A stretch of DNA of 64,000 bases from Hypanus sabinus (taxonomy: Eukaryota). The notes below the pieces were generated by a model that was not told where the DNA came from, did no database searches, and was given only the letters and a program-made list of their open reading frames with translations. The stretch is from positions 88,536,001-88,600,000 of the forward strand of contig NC_082707.1 in assembly GCF_030144855.1 (NCBI RefSeq). The letters are read 5' to 3'. Below are positions 26,610-39,270 of this stretch, piece by piece. A program made the position numbers and the translations under genes. The stretch's first letter is position 1. Each line of letters begins with the position of its first letter.

Positions 26610-27225
26610 TTGTAAATCCAATTAGGAATAGAGTATAGGAGCAGGGATGTGATGTAGAGGCTTTATAAGGCACTGGTAAGACCTTACTTACAGTTAGCGT
26701 ACAGTTTTGGGCTCCTTATTTAAGAAAGGATGTGCGGACATTGGAGAGGGTTTAGAGAAGATTCACTAGAATGATTCTGGGAATGAGAAGATTAACATAT
26801 AAGGAATGTCTGACTGCTCTTGGACTGTACTCCTTGGAGCTTAGAAGAATGAGGGGGGACCTCATAGAAACATTTCGAATGTTGAAAGTCATGGACAGAG
26901 CGGATGTGGCAAAGTTGTTTCCCATGGTGGGGGAGTCTAGTACGAGGGGACATGACTTGAGGATTGCAGGATAGAGATGCGAAAACATTTTTTTAAGCCA
27001 GAGGTTGGTGAATCTATGGAATTTGTTGCCACAGGTGGCAGTGGAGGCCAAGTCATTGGGTGTATTTAAGGCAGAGATTGATAGGTAACTGAGTAGTCAG
27101 GGCAACAAAGGCTATGGTGAGAAAGTGGGGGAATGGGACTAAAGGAGAGATTGGATCAGCTCATGATGAAATGGTGGAGCAGAATCAATGGGCCGAATGG
27201 CTGACTTCTGCTCATGCTCATTTAT
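26610..27225 (+). mobile_element. CR1 LINE 3' end
   Basis: LGLYSLELRRMRGDLIETFRML followed by the 3'UTR. Confidence 0.88.
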
Positions 27226-27964
27226 TGTTACATTTTAGCTCAGGTTATACAGTTATTTGCTTGTGTGTTTGTGGTCACCCTGACTGTAACTGGGGTGTGT
27301 AATAATCACCACCCTGTCTGAATGCGACTGAGTTGGTTCTCTCTCTGGGTCCAAGCGCCTGGCTTGATTTTGTGCTTGTCACAATAAAACCAGTAGTTGA
27401 ACTAAATGTCCTTCCCTCCTCTGTCGTCATGGACCAAATGTTCACCACAGTACAGTTGTTGTCAAGGAACGTGTTAATTATGCAACCTTGAGATTTGTTT
27501 GCTCACAGGTAGTCACAAAGCAAGGAAGCCGAAAGGACCCAATTAAAGAGGAAAAAAAAGAATAAAAGACCAACACTTAATGCTCATGGAAGAAAATAAC
27601 ACAAATCACACAAACAACTGAAGCAAACATCATTCCAAACCAAAATTGAGTACTCAGATCCTGGAGTAGGCCCAAAGCCTTACATGTCAGTTCATCATGT
27701 TAGCAGGCACAGAGCACAGCAGCCACGGCAGTCTTCATAGCCTCAGCGCCAACCAGAGTCGGGTGACCATCGCGGAGAATGAGTGAAAATGGCTCTCGCT
27801 CTAGATCCCAAAACCCTGACTTTTCAGTCTATCTGGGCTGGTGTTTAAATTAACCCAACAATGGAATAGCAAAAGGCACCAGCACTCTGGAGAGAGGAGT
27901 GAGCATCCTGGAGAGCGAGTGCAATTAGCTGTTTTCTCCGCTCTGGGTCAGCATTTAAATTGTC

Positions 27965-30392
27965 TGAGTAATAAGGACTACATTGGATAATAGCATAAAT
28001 AGGTAACTTAGTAAGGAAAATTCAATCTCTTTCTTAATATTTCCCAACATTATGAACCAAGCTGTTTAATTAATAAATGTTGGAAAAGCTCCTGGAGGCT
28101 TGTTCCACACCTGTAGGAACTTGGGGTGATGTCAAGTTGAACAATACTTGCACACGTCTATATCTTCAAACCGGAATAATTTGTTCCTCTAATACCAGTC
28201 CTACTCCTTTTGTATCGGTCTGAACCTCATCACCTAACAAGGGATGAGTAACAATGGCACAGCAATGGTTGTGTGGTATCAGTTGTTGCTAACTCTACCA
28301 TTGGGTAAGATGCATATGGGAGATCTTAGAGATCTGGAGCAACTTTTTTTGGCCACCAACACAGATTCTTCAACTGTTCCATTGTTCTATCTGCTCCATG
28401 ATGCCCAAAAATGTCAAAGGAGCACTACATAACCTGGCTTCTTTCACCTTCTAGCTCCACAAATTTACAATCCCATTCCAGAACTGTATTCCTGAGTGTT
28501 CCCCATATTCTTCAGAATTCTCTCCTCTCTGTGTTTTTGCTAACTCCTGATCCTGCTGCTGTATCTTGACTAAGTCTATAGGTGTACAGTTTGCTGTTTT
28601 CTGTGTCATCAATCTCTCCATATCTTGATTCCATTTCACCCTGCATCTTGCTCCTAGTTTGGGTAACTCAACAGCCTTCCTGTTCCCTTGAGGGAAGGTC
28701 TTCATGCCAGCTTCACCCTTTTTACGCCATTAGAGTTTTCTCTTGCCTTCTCAAATATATATTTCAACAATGGTGCAAATCATAATGGTTTACGATCTGC
28801 TGAGATATAGCTTCTAGCTTCCCATAAAGGTAAATATTCTGTCAAACTATTTTAAACATTCATACTATCTGAGTATATGATTGCTCCTGAATGATATCTG
28901 TCTGCATGGCTGACACCAATAGCTATAGCTCTGTCACTTGATCACAGATTGTTTTCAGTAACTTGATTGCAACACTTTTGATCTCTACTCCTTCCTCATC
29001 CTTTACATATAAACCACATCCTGTAAGCCTCGCTCCATCCTGAACTGATGATGATCCTTCAACAAAAACCCGTAAAGAGGAATTGCCTGGTGACATGACT
29101 CCATTTTCCTCCATTGATCTTGAGATGGGAATGAATGGTTCATTCCGTAGTTATACTATTGTCTCCTGATACCCATGACGTTCACCCTGACAAGTTAAAT
29201 TGTCAGTGAGCGTGATTGTATTATTAACTGTGACATTATGACCCTGTAATAGCAGTGTCCATTGGACTGGTTGAGATTGTTTGCCTGCCCCTGTCAGGGT
29301 CCGGTCCGGTCCGTAATCCGCGTTCCGGGTCTCGATCCGGTCCAAGGGCTCCGGACTCCAGGTCCTGCAGTTGTCCCTCCTGTCACCCATGAACTAGTTA
29401 GGACCCTCCTGGCTCAAGGAGGCACACCTGTGACTCACTGAGCTGCAGGTGTTTATAAGGAGCCTTGGGACTGGGACCAGGCGGGTGGTCGTTTTGTTCT
29501 GTATCCTGCTTCTCCACCGGCTCCAAACTCTTCTCTGCATTCTGTTATCCTGCCCGGGCTCAGATCTACTCCTCATCGTGCTTCTCTGCCCCATACCAGT
29601 ACTGTCAGGTTGGTCCTCTCCCCGACCTTTCTTCCCATGCGCTGGTCCCATTCTGCCCATTCAGTTAATTGGCTGCAATTAATTGCTCCAAATGTCTAAG
29701 TGAGTGGTAATAATTGACAGGAATGTGTGGGGTGAGGGATTAAGTTTTGATTAGTTTAGAATCAGTGGAAATGAATGCTTGATTCTGCCCGTTCCTATCC
29801 CTTGTCTCCCTCGGGCAGCCCTGGCCGGTCTGCCGCTGCCCGGCGGGGGTTCTGCCCCGTCCTCCTTTTCCGCCCGAACCCTGGGATTGTGCTCCGCACC
29901 TGCCTAGGGGTCCGCGTCGTGCCCAGGCCTCCGGTGTTTCCGCCTGGGAGGCGGCCCTACCCGGGATATATGTGGCCTGCCCAGGAAGAGCTGTCCACCA
30001 GCTTATCTAGCTACCTAGACCTGTCTACCTGCCTGCCTGCCTGAACCCCGGGGACCTGCCTGCCTACCTGCCTGAACTCCGGGAGCCCGCTCCGCTCTGC
30101 CTGCCTGAACTCCAGGAGCCCGCTCCACTCTGAATGCCTGAACTCCTGGAGCCCGCTCCGCTCTGCCTGCCTGACACTCTATCTACCTGAACCCCAGCTC
30201 TACCCTTAAATGCTGCAGCAACCCCATCCTGTCCTCCCCCTAGTACTTCAGTGTCTGCATCCTGCGTTTGGGTCCATCTGGTCCCGTTCCTGACAGCCCC
30301 ATACAGCAAAAGTTAAATTGGAGTATGCTCTATTACAATGGTTAGTGTGATCAGACCCATAATGTTAGTGAAATGTTTAACTGACCGAAACT
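27965..30392 (-). mobile_element. retrovirus-like pol fossil (tether, RNase H, integrase N-terminus), interrupted by a solo LTR
   Basis: VKHFTNIMGL..IEHTPI..LLLYGAGKQ..QWTLLLQ (tether); VFVEGSS..TEL..IYSDSM..LPLWEARSYISADRKPL..QGNRKAVELPK (RNase H); GHHGADRTMEQLKNLCWWPK (integrase Zn finger). Confidence 0.8.
29292..30295 (+). mobile_element. solo LTR with 5-bp TSD GCCCC
   Basis: TGTCAGG...CCTGACA perfect inverted termini; gcccc at 29287-29291 and 30296-30300; TATAAG near 29454; internal 33-bp tandem repeat ~30068-30175. Confidence 0.9.
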
Positions 30393-30711
30393 GTTATTTG
30401 TCTATTCACCCTCCACAGATATTGCCTAACCTGTACTGTCTTTAATAATTTGACAAATTCATGTTGCTGCTTTTGGATCAGCTCAAACTTTTCAAGATAC
30501 TTTGTCACTGTGTCCTTTAAAATAGAACATCACCTCAACACAGTAAATCTTGAACAAGGCCATATTTTCCTGATTTTTCTTTTTTAACCTTGAAATGTAC
30601 TGGTAATCTATGATTTGCTTCCTTTGAGGATGTGAAATTTTGTGCTTCTATTCTATAAAAATAATTAATGTGGGCAATACAGAGAAAGAAACTTCTATCT
30701 TGTATTTCATG

Positions 30712-31154
30712 GGATCTTTTGAAAAAAAAATCTCAGCTCCATACTACAACCTTTATTTAGAAGGGATGTCTCCTGATATTAATATTTACAATTGCAGGTG
30801 TGCTGTTGAGATGCTAGAAATTGAACCTTTGTTATTACTTTCAAAGCTACACCTTCAGAATTTCCAAGGTGGAACAGAATTCTGATGCAAGTATTTCTGA
30901 ACCTGAAACTCCAGACAAAGACCCTGGGATTATATTTGTGGAGTCGACTGACAATGTAGAGTCGGCGCAATGGATGGTGTATTCAGTTGACTCTTCTACC
31001 CTCTGAACTCAGACTTCATCTTCTACATCATGAAGCGGTTCAAAGACAACTTGAATCAGTATCCACATCCTGACTACACAGCCGTCTCTTTGCTCTACTT
31101 AGTGAAGCTTCTTGTTATTCTCCTCTGAACTGTTTGAAGATATTCCTTTGAAAG
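30712..31154 (+). pseudogene. A4GNT-like pseudogene, exon 1 (copy 3)
   Basis: PGIIFVESTDNVESAQWMVYSVDSS aligns to PGIMFVESTDNVEPTPLVVCSVESA. Acceptor AG and start ATG appear lost; CGA>TGA at 31004; several indels. Upstream 30530-30580 resembles 5285-5335. Confidence 0.88.
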
Positions 31155-33587
31155 GTGACCAGCAACATGAACTTATTTCATTTTGTGTATGAACTGTTTG
31201 ACTCAGATTAACTTTGTCCAAATAGCACCATGCATGTAGTGTGTGAAAATGATGGGCAATGCAAAGTTGTCTGCATCACCTCGTCAGAGGGACTGAGTGC
31301 AGTGAAAATTTCAGCCATATTGATAAAGATTGCTTACATTTCATTAATCTTTTTGAAATTCAGTGTTATTACTCTTACAGCATCTTTTTTACTGTAGGTT
31401 GTAACTTTTGACTTATGCAACCTTGAAGTTTAATTAATTTTGAACATTATTGTAGAGCTCATTTGCCACACCTGTACCTGCAAGCATTGAAATGGGGGAT
31501 CTTTCAGTAATGTCTGTCTTCCTTGTTCACCTCCACTTTTCCTCAAGACCTCGTTAGATCAGGCTGTCACATTGTATCCAATCTTGTTAATTTAGAACAT
31601 TGAACATTGAACAGGAAACAATACAGCACCATATAGGCCATCTGGCCCCAAGGTTCTTCCAATCATTTAACATACTTGAAAGTCAATCTAACCCTTCCCT
31701 CCCACATAGGCCTCCATTTTTCTTTCCTCCATTTGCCTGTCTAAGAGTCCTTCATGTATCTGCCTCTCCACCACATCTGACAGTAAGTATCACGCATCTA
31801 CAACTTCCTGTGTAATAAGCCTGCTTTGTATTTTACCCATCCTAAACGTTCTTCCCAATATTCTAAAGTTATGCCCCTTTGTGTTGGACATGTCCACCGT
31901 TGGCAAAAGTCCCTGGCTGTCTACTTCAAAGGTTCAATGTTTCATCTTATTGTCAAAGTACGCAAGTACAATACAACTCTGATATTCGTCTTCTACAGAC
32001 AGCCATGAAACACAGAAAAACCATGGGTATTGTTGAAAGAAAAGACATCAACCCCACCTTCACACAAAAAATAAAAAGAAATTAAACTCACAAACACCAA
32101 CACCACCCCCCCCCCCCAGTTCTCCCTCACATGAAAACAAACAGATCATCTACAGGGAGAACAGCAGAGCAGCTAGAATATCAAAACCCAAATCCCCAAC
32201 CCCTGCCCTCACGAAAGAATAGCGACAACAACACTCAGAACTCCAAACCCCTTGTTCCACACAAAAAACTGAGATCGTTCATAAAGAAAAACACCAACAA
32301 GAGCATCAGACCCCAAATCCCCAATTCATCCCTCATGCTAAAAGTAACATATCACCCACTCGTCACAAGGCAACAAGAAAGAAAGCACTGAAAACTGAAG
32401 GAGACCAATATAAGCTACAGTCAAACAGTCACATAAATCTCAGAATTTCAATAACATCCTCATGTCAGTATCAAGGCGAGTGGTTGTACAAACGCAGTCC
32501 TTCAGTCACTGCCATGTCAGGTCCAATAGCCTCCATCTTGACTAACGACCGCTGTCATCCCATAGCAAGCAACTGTTGACCTTCTCCACGTTTGCCTCTA
32601 TGCTTCAATTTTCTTTGAAACCTCAAAATGGAGTCGTCCTTGACCCCTCACCTTGTCTCTTGTCATCTCCACGGGGCAGCTTGTGGTTTCAGTGTGAGAT
32701 TATTCAATCGAATTCCAAACTTCACATCTTGATCTACACTTCTTATCAACTTGTACAACTCTATCACATCACCTCTCATCGTCCTTCTGTACAAGGAGAA
32801 GAGCCCTTACTCGCACAAAGAAGTTTTCAATCCTGGCATCAATCTCCCCTTCACTCTCTGTAAATTGCCACTTCCTTCCAATAATGAGACAATCAGAAAT
32901 GAACAAAATACTCCATGTAAAATGAATTCTATAGAGCTGCAACTTTAACTTACAATATTTGAAATTAACCCCTGACTAATGAAGGTCAGCACACCATATG
33001 CCTTCCTAACCACCCTATCAACGTGCTGCAACGTTGAAGGGTCTAAAGATGTGAACCCCAAGGTCCTTTGTTCATTCATATTGTTCAGAATCCTGGATCT
33101 AATCCCATATTCTGCCTTTTCAAGTTTGACCTTCCAAAATGAATCATTTTACATGGCTGCCAGTGACTAATGGTGTTATGTCCAAAGTTCAAAGTAAAAT
33201 TTATTATCAGAGTCCATACATGTCACCACATACAACACTGAGCTTCTTTTTCTGTGAGTATAGTTCAGAAATCTATAGAACAGCAACTGTAAATAGGATC
33301 TGTACAATGTAAATATCAGGAACTGTAGACTATAAACAAATTGTGCAAATGCAAATATAAATAAATAGCAATAAATAACAAGCATGATATGAAGACAAAA
33401 GGGTCCTTAATGACTGTAGTTATCACTTTTAGTTCCTGAGCCTGATGGTTGAGGGTTAGTAACTGTTTGATTCAGTCATAAGGAATTCAAATGCAATGTT
33501 AGCACAACATCCTGGAGGAACTCAGCAGACCAGGCAGTATCTATGGAAAAGAGTGCCATTGATGTTTTGGGCCAAAACCCTTTGGCA

Positions 33588-33815
33588 GAATTTATGCCAA
33601 TGAAGACAATTTCCTCAGCAAGGACTGTCTCCCCTTTGAGAACTACCTTTGCCAGAAATGGCTTACCAAAACGAATTGTGAGTGACAATGGACCACACTA
33701 CCCACCAGAAGCCCGACCGTTCATGAAGCAAATATGGCATTAGACATTTCAGGTCAGCCCCTCATCACCCAGTAAAGAATAGGTCAGCTGAAAGGTTTAT
33801 CCAAACATTCAAGGG
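33588..33815 (+). mobile_element. Gypsy integrase core, 5' half (continues at 41485-41990)
   Basis: RTTFARNGLPKRIVSDNGPHY..AERFIQTFK; resumes after the CR1 block with HAMTNQTPTMLFM and WRHHVDQI. Confidence 0.8.
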
Positions 33816-34907
33816 GTTAAGACAGGCAAGGCTGCGCAGGCAGGTGACATCAGCCAGCAGAGCGGAAAAGTTTAAAAAGAAGACCGCCATATCCAGCGGG
33901 CAGCAAAGTGAGAGGGTAGTAGAGTGATAGGGCTACAGCTCAATGGGCTTAGGCGGTAACAGGACGAGGCGAGGTATGTTTACCTGTGTCAATTGCGAAA
34001 AGGAAGAATGTGCGTGAGGTCAGTGTTCTGTGCTCAGTATCAGATGTGGGAAGTCCTGGAGTCACCCAGCCTCCAGGACGGCCAAATCTGCACCCAGTGT
34101 GTTGAGCTGTAGCTCCTAAGGGACCGCGTTAGGGATCTGGGGATGCAGCTCAATGACCTTCGTCTGGTCAGAGAGAGTGAGGTGGTGATAGAAAGGAGTT
34201 ATAGGCAAGTGGTCACACCAGGGCCACAGGAGACAGACAAATGGGTAACAGTCAAGAGAGGGAAGGGGAAGGGTCAGGTACTAGAGAGTACCCTGTGGCT
34301 GTCCCCCTGAACAATAAGTACTCCTGTTTGAGTACTGTTGGGGGGGGGGGACAGCCTACCTGGGGGAAGCAATGGTAGCCATGCCTCTGGCACAGAGTCC
34401 GGCCTTGTGGCTCAGAAGGGTAGGGAAAGGAAGAGAAAGGCAGTATTGATAGGGGCTCTATAGTTAGGTGGTCAGACAGGCGATTCTATGAACACAGGAA
34501 AGAAACTCGGATGATAGTTTGCCTCCCAGCTGCCAGGATCTGGGATGTTTCAGAACGCGTCTATGATATCCTGCAGTAGGAGAGAGAACAGCCAGAGGAT
34601 GAGGTAAATATTGATACCAATGACATAGGTAGGAAAAGGGAGGAGGTCCTGAAAAAGACTACAGGGAGTTAGGAAGGAAGTTGAGAAGCAGGACCTCAAA
34701 GGTAGTAATCTCAGGATTACTGCCTGTGCCACGTGATAGTGAGCATAGGAATAGAATGAGGTAGAGGATAAATGTGTGGCTGAGGGATTGGAGCAGAGGT
34801 CAGGGATGCTGATTTCTGAATCATTGGGAACACTTTTGGGGCAAGTGTGACCTGTACAAAAAGGAAGGGTTGCCCTTGAATCCCAGGATTCAATATCCTG
34901 GCAGGTA

Positions 34908-35170
34908 ACTGAAGAAGCTTCTTTCCAACTGTGATAAGACTGTTGAACAGATCCTGACCCGGATCTGGGCTGTAAATTCCAAAGATATGGACCTGACTTG
35001 CAGTACTGTACTTTCCCTTTCCTATTTTCTAATTATGATTTATAATATTTTTATTATATTTACTTCAATTTGTACTTCAGGGAGCGCAAAGCGCAGAAGC
35101 AAATATCACTGTGATGATTGTACGCTCTAGTATCAATTGTTTGGTGACAATACAGTATTTGTGTTTGTAA
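34908..35170 (+). mobile_element. Rex1/Babar 3' tail inserted in CR1-A, TSD AGGTA
   Basis: SFFPTVIRLLN C-terminus; aggta at 34903-34907 and 35171-35175. Confidence 0.7.
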
Positions 35171-35904
35171 AGGTAGATTTGCTAAGGCTACTGGGGAGAG
35201 TTTGAACTAGAGTTGTTGGAGGGTGGGAACTGAACTGAAGAAACTGGAGAAGAGGCTCACAAATAGAGAAAGCTTGGAGACTGTGTGTGAGGGAGGTTAG
35301 GCAGGTGATAGAGAAGGGACGCGCTCAGACCGATGGTTTGAGATGTGTCTATTTTAACACAAGGAGTATTCTGAACAAAGCGGATGAGCTTAGAGTGTGG
35401 ATCAGTATTTGGAGATATGATGTGGTGGTCATTACAGAGACTTGGATGGCTCAGGGACAGGAATGGTTACTTCAAGTGCCGGGCTTTAGATGTTTCAGAA
35501 AAGACAGGGAGGGAGGCAAAAGAGGTGGGGGTGTGGCACTGTTGATCAGAGATAGTGTCATGACTGCAGAAAAGGAGTACATCATGGCAAGATTGTCTAC
35601 GGAGTCTCTGTGTGTGGAGGTTAGGAACAGGAAGGAGTTATTAACTTTACTAGGTGTTTTTTATGGGCCATCCAATAGTAATAGGGACGTCGAGGAGCAG
35701 ATAGGAAACAGATCCTGGAAAGGTGTAATAATAACAGAGTTGTCGTGATGGGAGATTTTATTTTCCCAAATATCGATTGGCATCTCCCTAGAGTGAGGGA
35801 TTTAGATGGGGTGGAGTTTGGTAGGTGTGTTCAGGAAGGCTTCTTGACACAATATGTAGATATGCCTACAGCAGGAGAGATGGTACTTGATTTGGAATTG
35901 GTAA

Positions 35905-38900
35905 GTTGGGAGTTGCAGCGGTTGCATCTCTGGCACCGAGACTGGACCCTCAGCTCAGAAAGGAAGGAGGGTAAAGAGGAGAGCAGTAGTGATAGGGGAT
36001 TCAGTTGTTAGGGGGACAGATAAGAGGTGTTGTGGAAGAGATCGAGAATCATGGGTGGTCTGTTGCCTCCCCGGTGCCAGGGTCCGCGATATCTCAGATT
36101 GAGTTCTCAGTATTCTCAAGAGGGAGGGTGAGCAGCCAGATGTTGTGGTCCATATAGGGACAAATGACGTGGGTAGGAAGAATGAGGAGGTCCTGAAAGG
36201 TGAGTTAAAGGAGTTAGGCGCCAAGTTAGCAATCTCAGAATTGCTACCAGTGCCACGTGCAGGCGGGTTTAGAAATAATAAGATAGTGCAGATCAACATG
36301 TGGCTGAAAACATGGTGCAGGGAGGGATGGCTTCAAATTATAGATAATTGGGCAGTTTTCCAGGGAAGGGGGAACCTGTTCCGATGGGACGGTTTACATC
36401 TGAACTGAAGGAGGATAAATATTCTTGCAGGTAGGTTTGCTAGAGAGGCTCCAGTGGATTTAAACTAGACTCAAGGGGGGAGGGGAACGACAGTGTAGGA
36501 ACAGATGTATCGGAGAAGGAAGAAAAAGAAGACAGTAAAGTTGTTTGCACCATTAGCGATAATCAAAGAATAAGAAGTGGAGAATTTCTTAAATGCATTT
36601 ATTTAAATGCCAGGAGCATTGTAAGAAAGGTGGATGAGCTTAGAGCATGGATTGATACCTGGAAATATGATTTTGTAGCTATTAGTGAAACATGGTTGCA
36701 GGAGGGGTGTGAATGGCAACTAAATATTCCTGGATTTTGTTGCTTCAGGTGTGATAGAATCAGAGGGACAAGAGGGGGAGGTGTTGCATTGCTTGTCAGA
36801 GAAAATATTACAGCAGTGCCCTGGCAGGATAGATTATAGGGTTTGTCCAGGAAGACTATTTGGGTGAAATTGAGGAATGGGTAAAGTGTAGTAACACATA
36901 TAGGGGTGTATTATAGACCACCTAACAGGGAGCGAGAATTGGAGGAGCAAATTTGTAAGGGGATAGCAGATATCTGTAGTAAGCACAGGGTTGTGATTGT
37001 GGGAGATATTAATTTTCCACACATAGACTGGGAAGCCCATACTGTAGAAGGACTGGATGGTTTGGAGTTTGTAAAATGTGTGCAAGATAGTTTTTTGCAG
37101 CAATACACGGAGGTACCAACTAGAGAAGTGGCAGTGTTGGATCTCCTGTTAGGGAATGAGATAGGTCAGGTGACGGAGGTATGTGTTGGGGAGGTATGTG
37201 TCAGGTCCAGTGATCACAATGCCAATAGTTTCAATATAATTATGGAGAAGGATAGGACTGGACCCAGGGTTGAGATTTTTGATTGGAGAAAGGCTCAGAA
37301 AAAGAGAAATCTCTACAATAAATATAGGCAGCATGGAGTAAATGAGGTGACTGAGGAATGTAAAGAATGTAAAAAGAAACTTAAGAAAGAAATTAGAAAA
37401 GCTAAAAGAAAAAACAAGGATGCTTTGGCAAGTAAGATGAAAATAAATCCAAAGGGTTTCTACAGTAATATTAATTGCAAAAGGATGGTGAGGGATAAAA
37501 GTGGTCTCTTAGAGAATCAGAGTGGACAGCTATGTGTGGAGCCAAAAGAGATGGGGGAGAATTTGAACAATTTCTTTTCTTCGGTATTCACTAAGGAGAA
37601 GGATATTGAATTGTGTAAGGTAAGGGAAACAAGTAGGGAAGTTATGGAAACTATGATGATTAAAGAGGAGGAAGTACTGGTGCTTTTAAGGAATATAAAA
37701 GTGGATAAATGTCCAAGTCATGACAGGATATTCCCTAGGACCTTGACGGAAGTTAGTGTAGAAACAGCAGGGGCTCTGACAGAAATATTTCAAATGTCCT
37801 TAGAAACGGGGATGGTGCCGGAGGATTGGCATATTGTTCATGTTGTTCCATTGTTTAAAAATGGTTGTAAGAGTACACCTAGCAATTATAGGCCTGTAAG
37901 TTTGATGTCAGTGGTGGGTAAATTAATGGAAAGTATTCTTAGAGATGGTATATATAATTAACTAGATAGACAGGGTCTGATTAAGAACAGTCAACATGGA
38001 TTTGTGCATGGAAGGTTATGTTTGACAAATCTTATTGAATTTTTTGAAGAGGTTACTAGGAAAGTTGATGAGGGTAAAGCAGTGGATGTTGTCTATATGG
38101 ACTTCAGTAAGGCATTTGACAAGGTTCCACACAGAAGGTTAGTTAGGAAAGTTCAATCGCTAGGTATTAACATTGAAGTAGTAAAATAGATTCAACAGTG
38201 GCTGGATGGGAGATGCCAGAGAGTGGATAACTATTTGTCAGGTTGGAGGCTGGTGACTAGTGGTGTGCCTCAGGGATCTGTACTGGGTTCAATGCTGTTC
38301 GTCATATACATTAATGATCTGGATGATGGGGTCGTAAATTGGATAAGTAAGTATGCAGATGACACTGAGATAGGTGGCGTTGTGGTTAATGAAGTAGGTT
38401 TTCAAAGCTTGCAGAGAGATTTAGGCCAGTTAGAAGAGTGGGCTGAAAGATGGCAGATGGAGTTTAATGCTGATAAGTGTGAGGTGCTACTTTTTGGTAG
38501 GAATAATCAAAATAGGATGTACATTGTAAATGGTAGGGCATTGAAGAATGCAGTAGAACAGAGTGATCAAGGAATAATGGTGCATAGTTTCCTGAAGGTG
38601 GAATCACATGTGTATAGGGCGGTGAAGAAAGCTTTTGGTATGCTGTCCTTTATAAATCAGAGCATTGAGTATAGGAGTTGGAATGTAATATTAAAATTGT
38701 ACAAGGCATTGGTAAGGCCAAATTTGGAGTACTGTGTATAGTTCTGGTCACCGAATTATAGGAAAGATGTCAACAAAATAGAGAGAGTACAGAGGAGATT
38801 TACTAGAATGTTACCTGGGTTTCAGCACCTAAGTTACAGAGAAAGGTTGAACAAGTTAGGTCTTTATTCTTTGGAGCGTAGAAGGTTGAGGGGGGACTTG

Positions 38901-39270
38901 ATAGAGGTATTTAAAATTATGAGGGGGATAGATAGGGTTGATGTGGATAGGCTTTTTCCTTTGAGAGGAGGGGAGATTCAAACAAGAGGACACAAGTTGA
39001 GAGTTAGGGAGCAAAAGTTTAAGGGTAACACGAGGGGGAACTTCTTTACTCAGTGAGTGGTAGCTGTATGGAATGAGCTTCCAGTAGGAAGTGGTAGAGG
39101 CAGGTTCGATATTGTCATTTAAAAAAAAATTGGATAGGTATATGGACAGGAAAGGAATGGAGGGTTATTGGCTGAGTGCGGGTCAGTGGGACTAGGTGAG
39201 AGTAAGTGTTCAACGCGGACTAGAAGGGCCGAGATAGCCTGTTTCCGTGCTGTAATTGTTATATGGTTAT
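35905..39270 (+). mobile_element. 5'-truncated CR1 LINE (element B) nested in element A
   Basis: SGNH esterase IGDSVVR / VHIGTND / DGLHLN; endonuclease ISETW, VGDIN, SDHN; RT DFSKAFDKV, GVPQGSVLG, YADDT. Multiple stops and an internal deletion. Confidence 0.92.

Noticed and set aside
27226-27449. Possible solo LTR (TG...aataaa...CA)
   Set aside because: No TSD, and the 5' end abuts a CR1 tail; cannot be confirmed.
36906-37961. 351-aa ORF as a functional gene
   Set aside because: Fragment of CR1 ORF2 with an internal deletion and surrounding stops.
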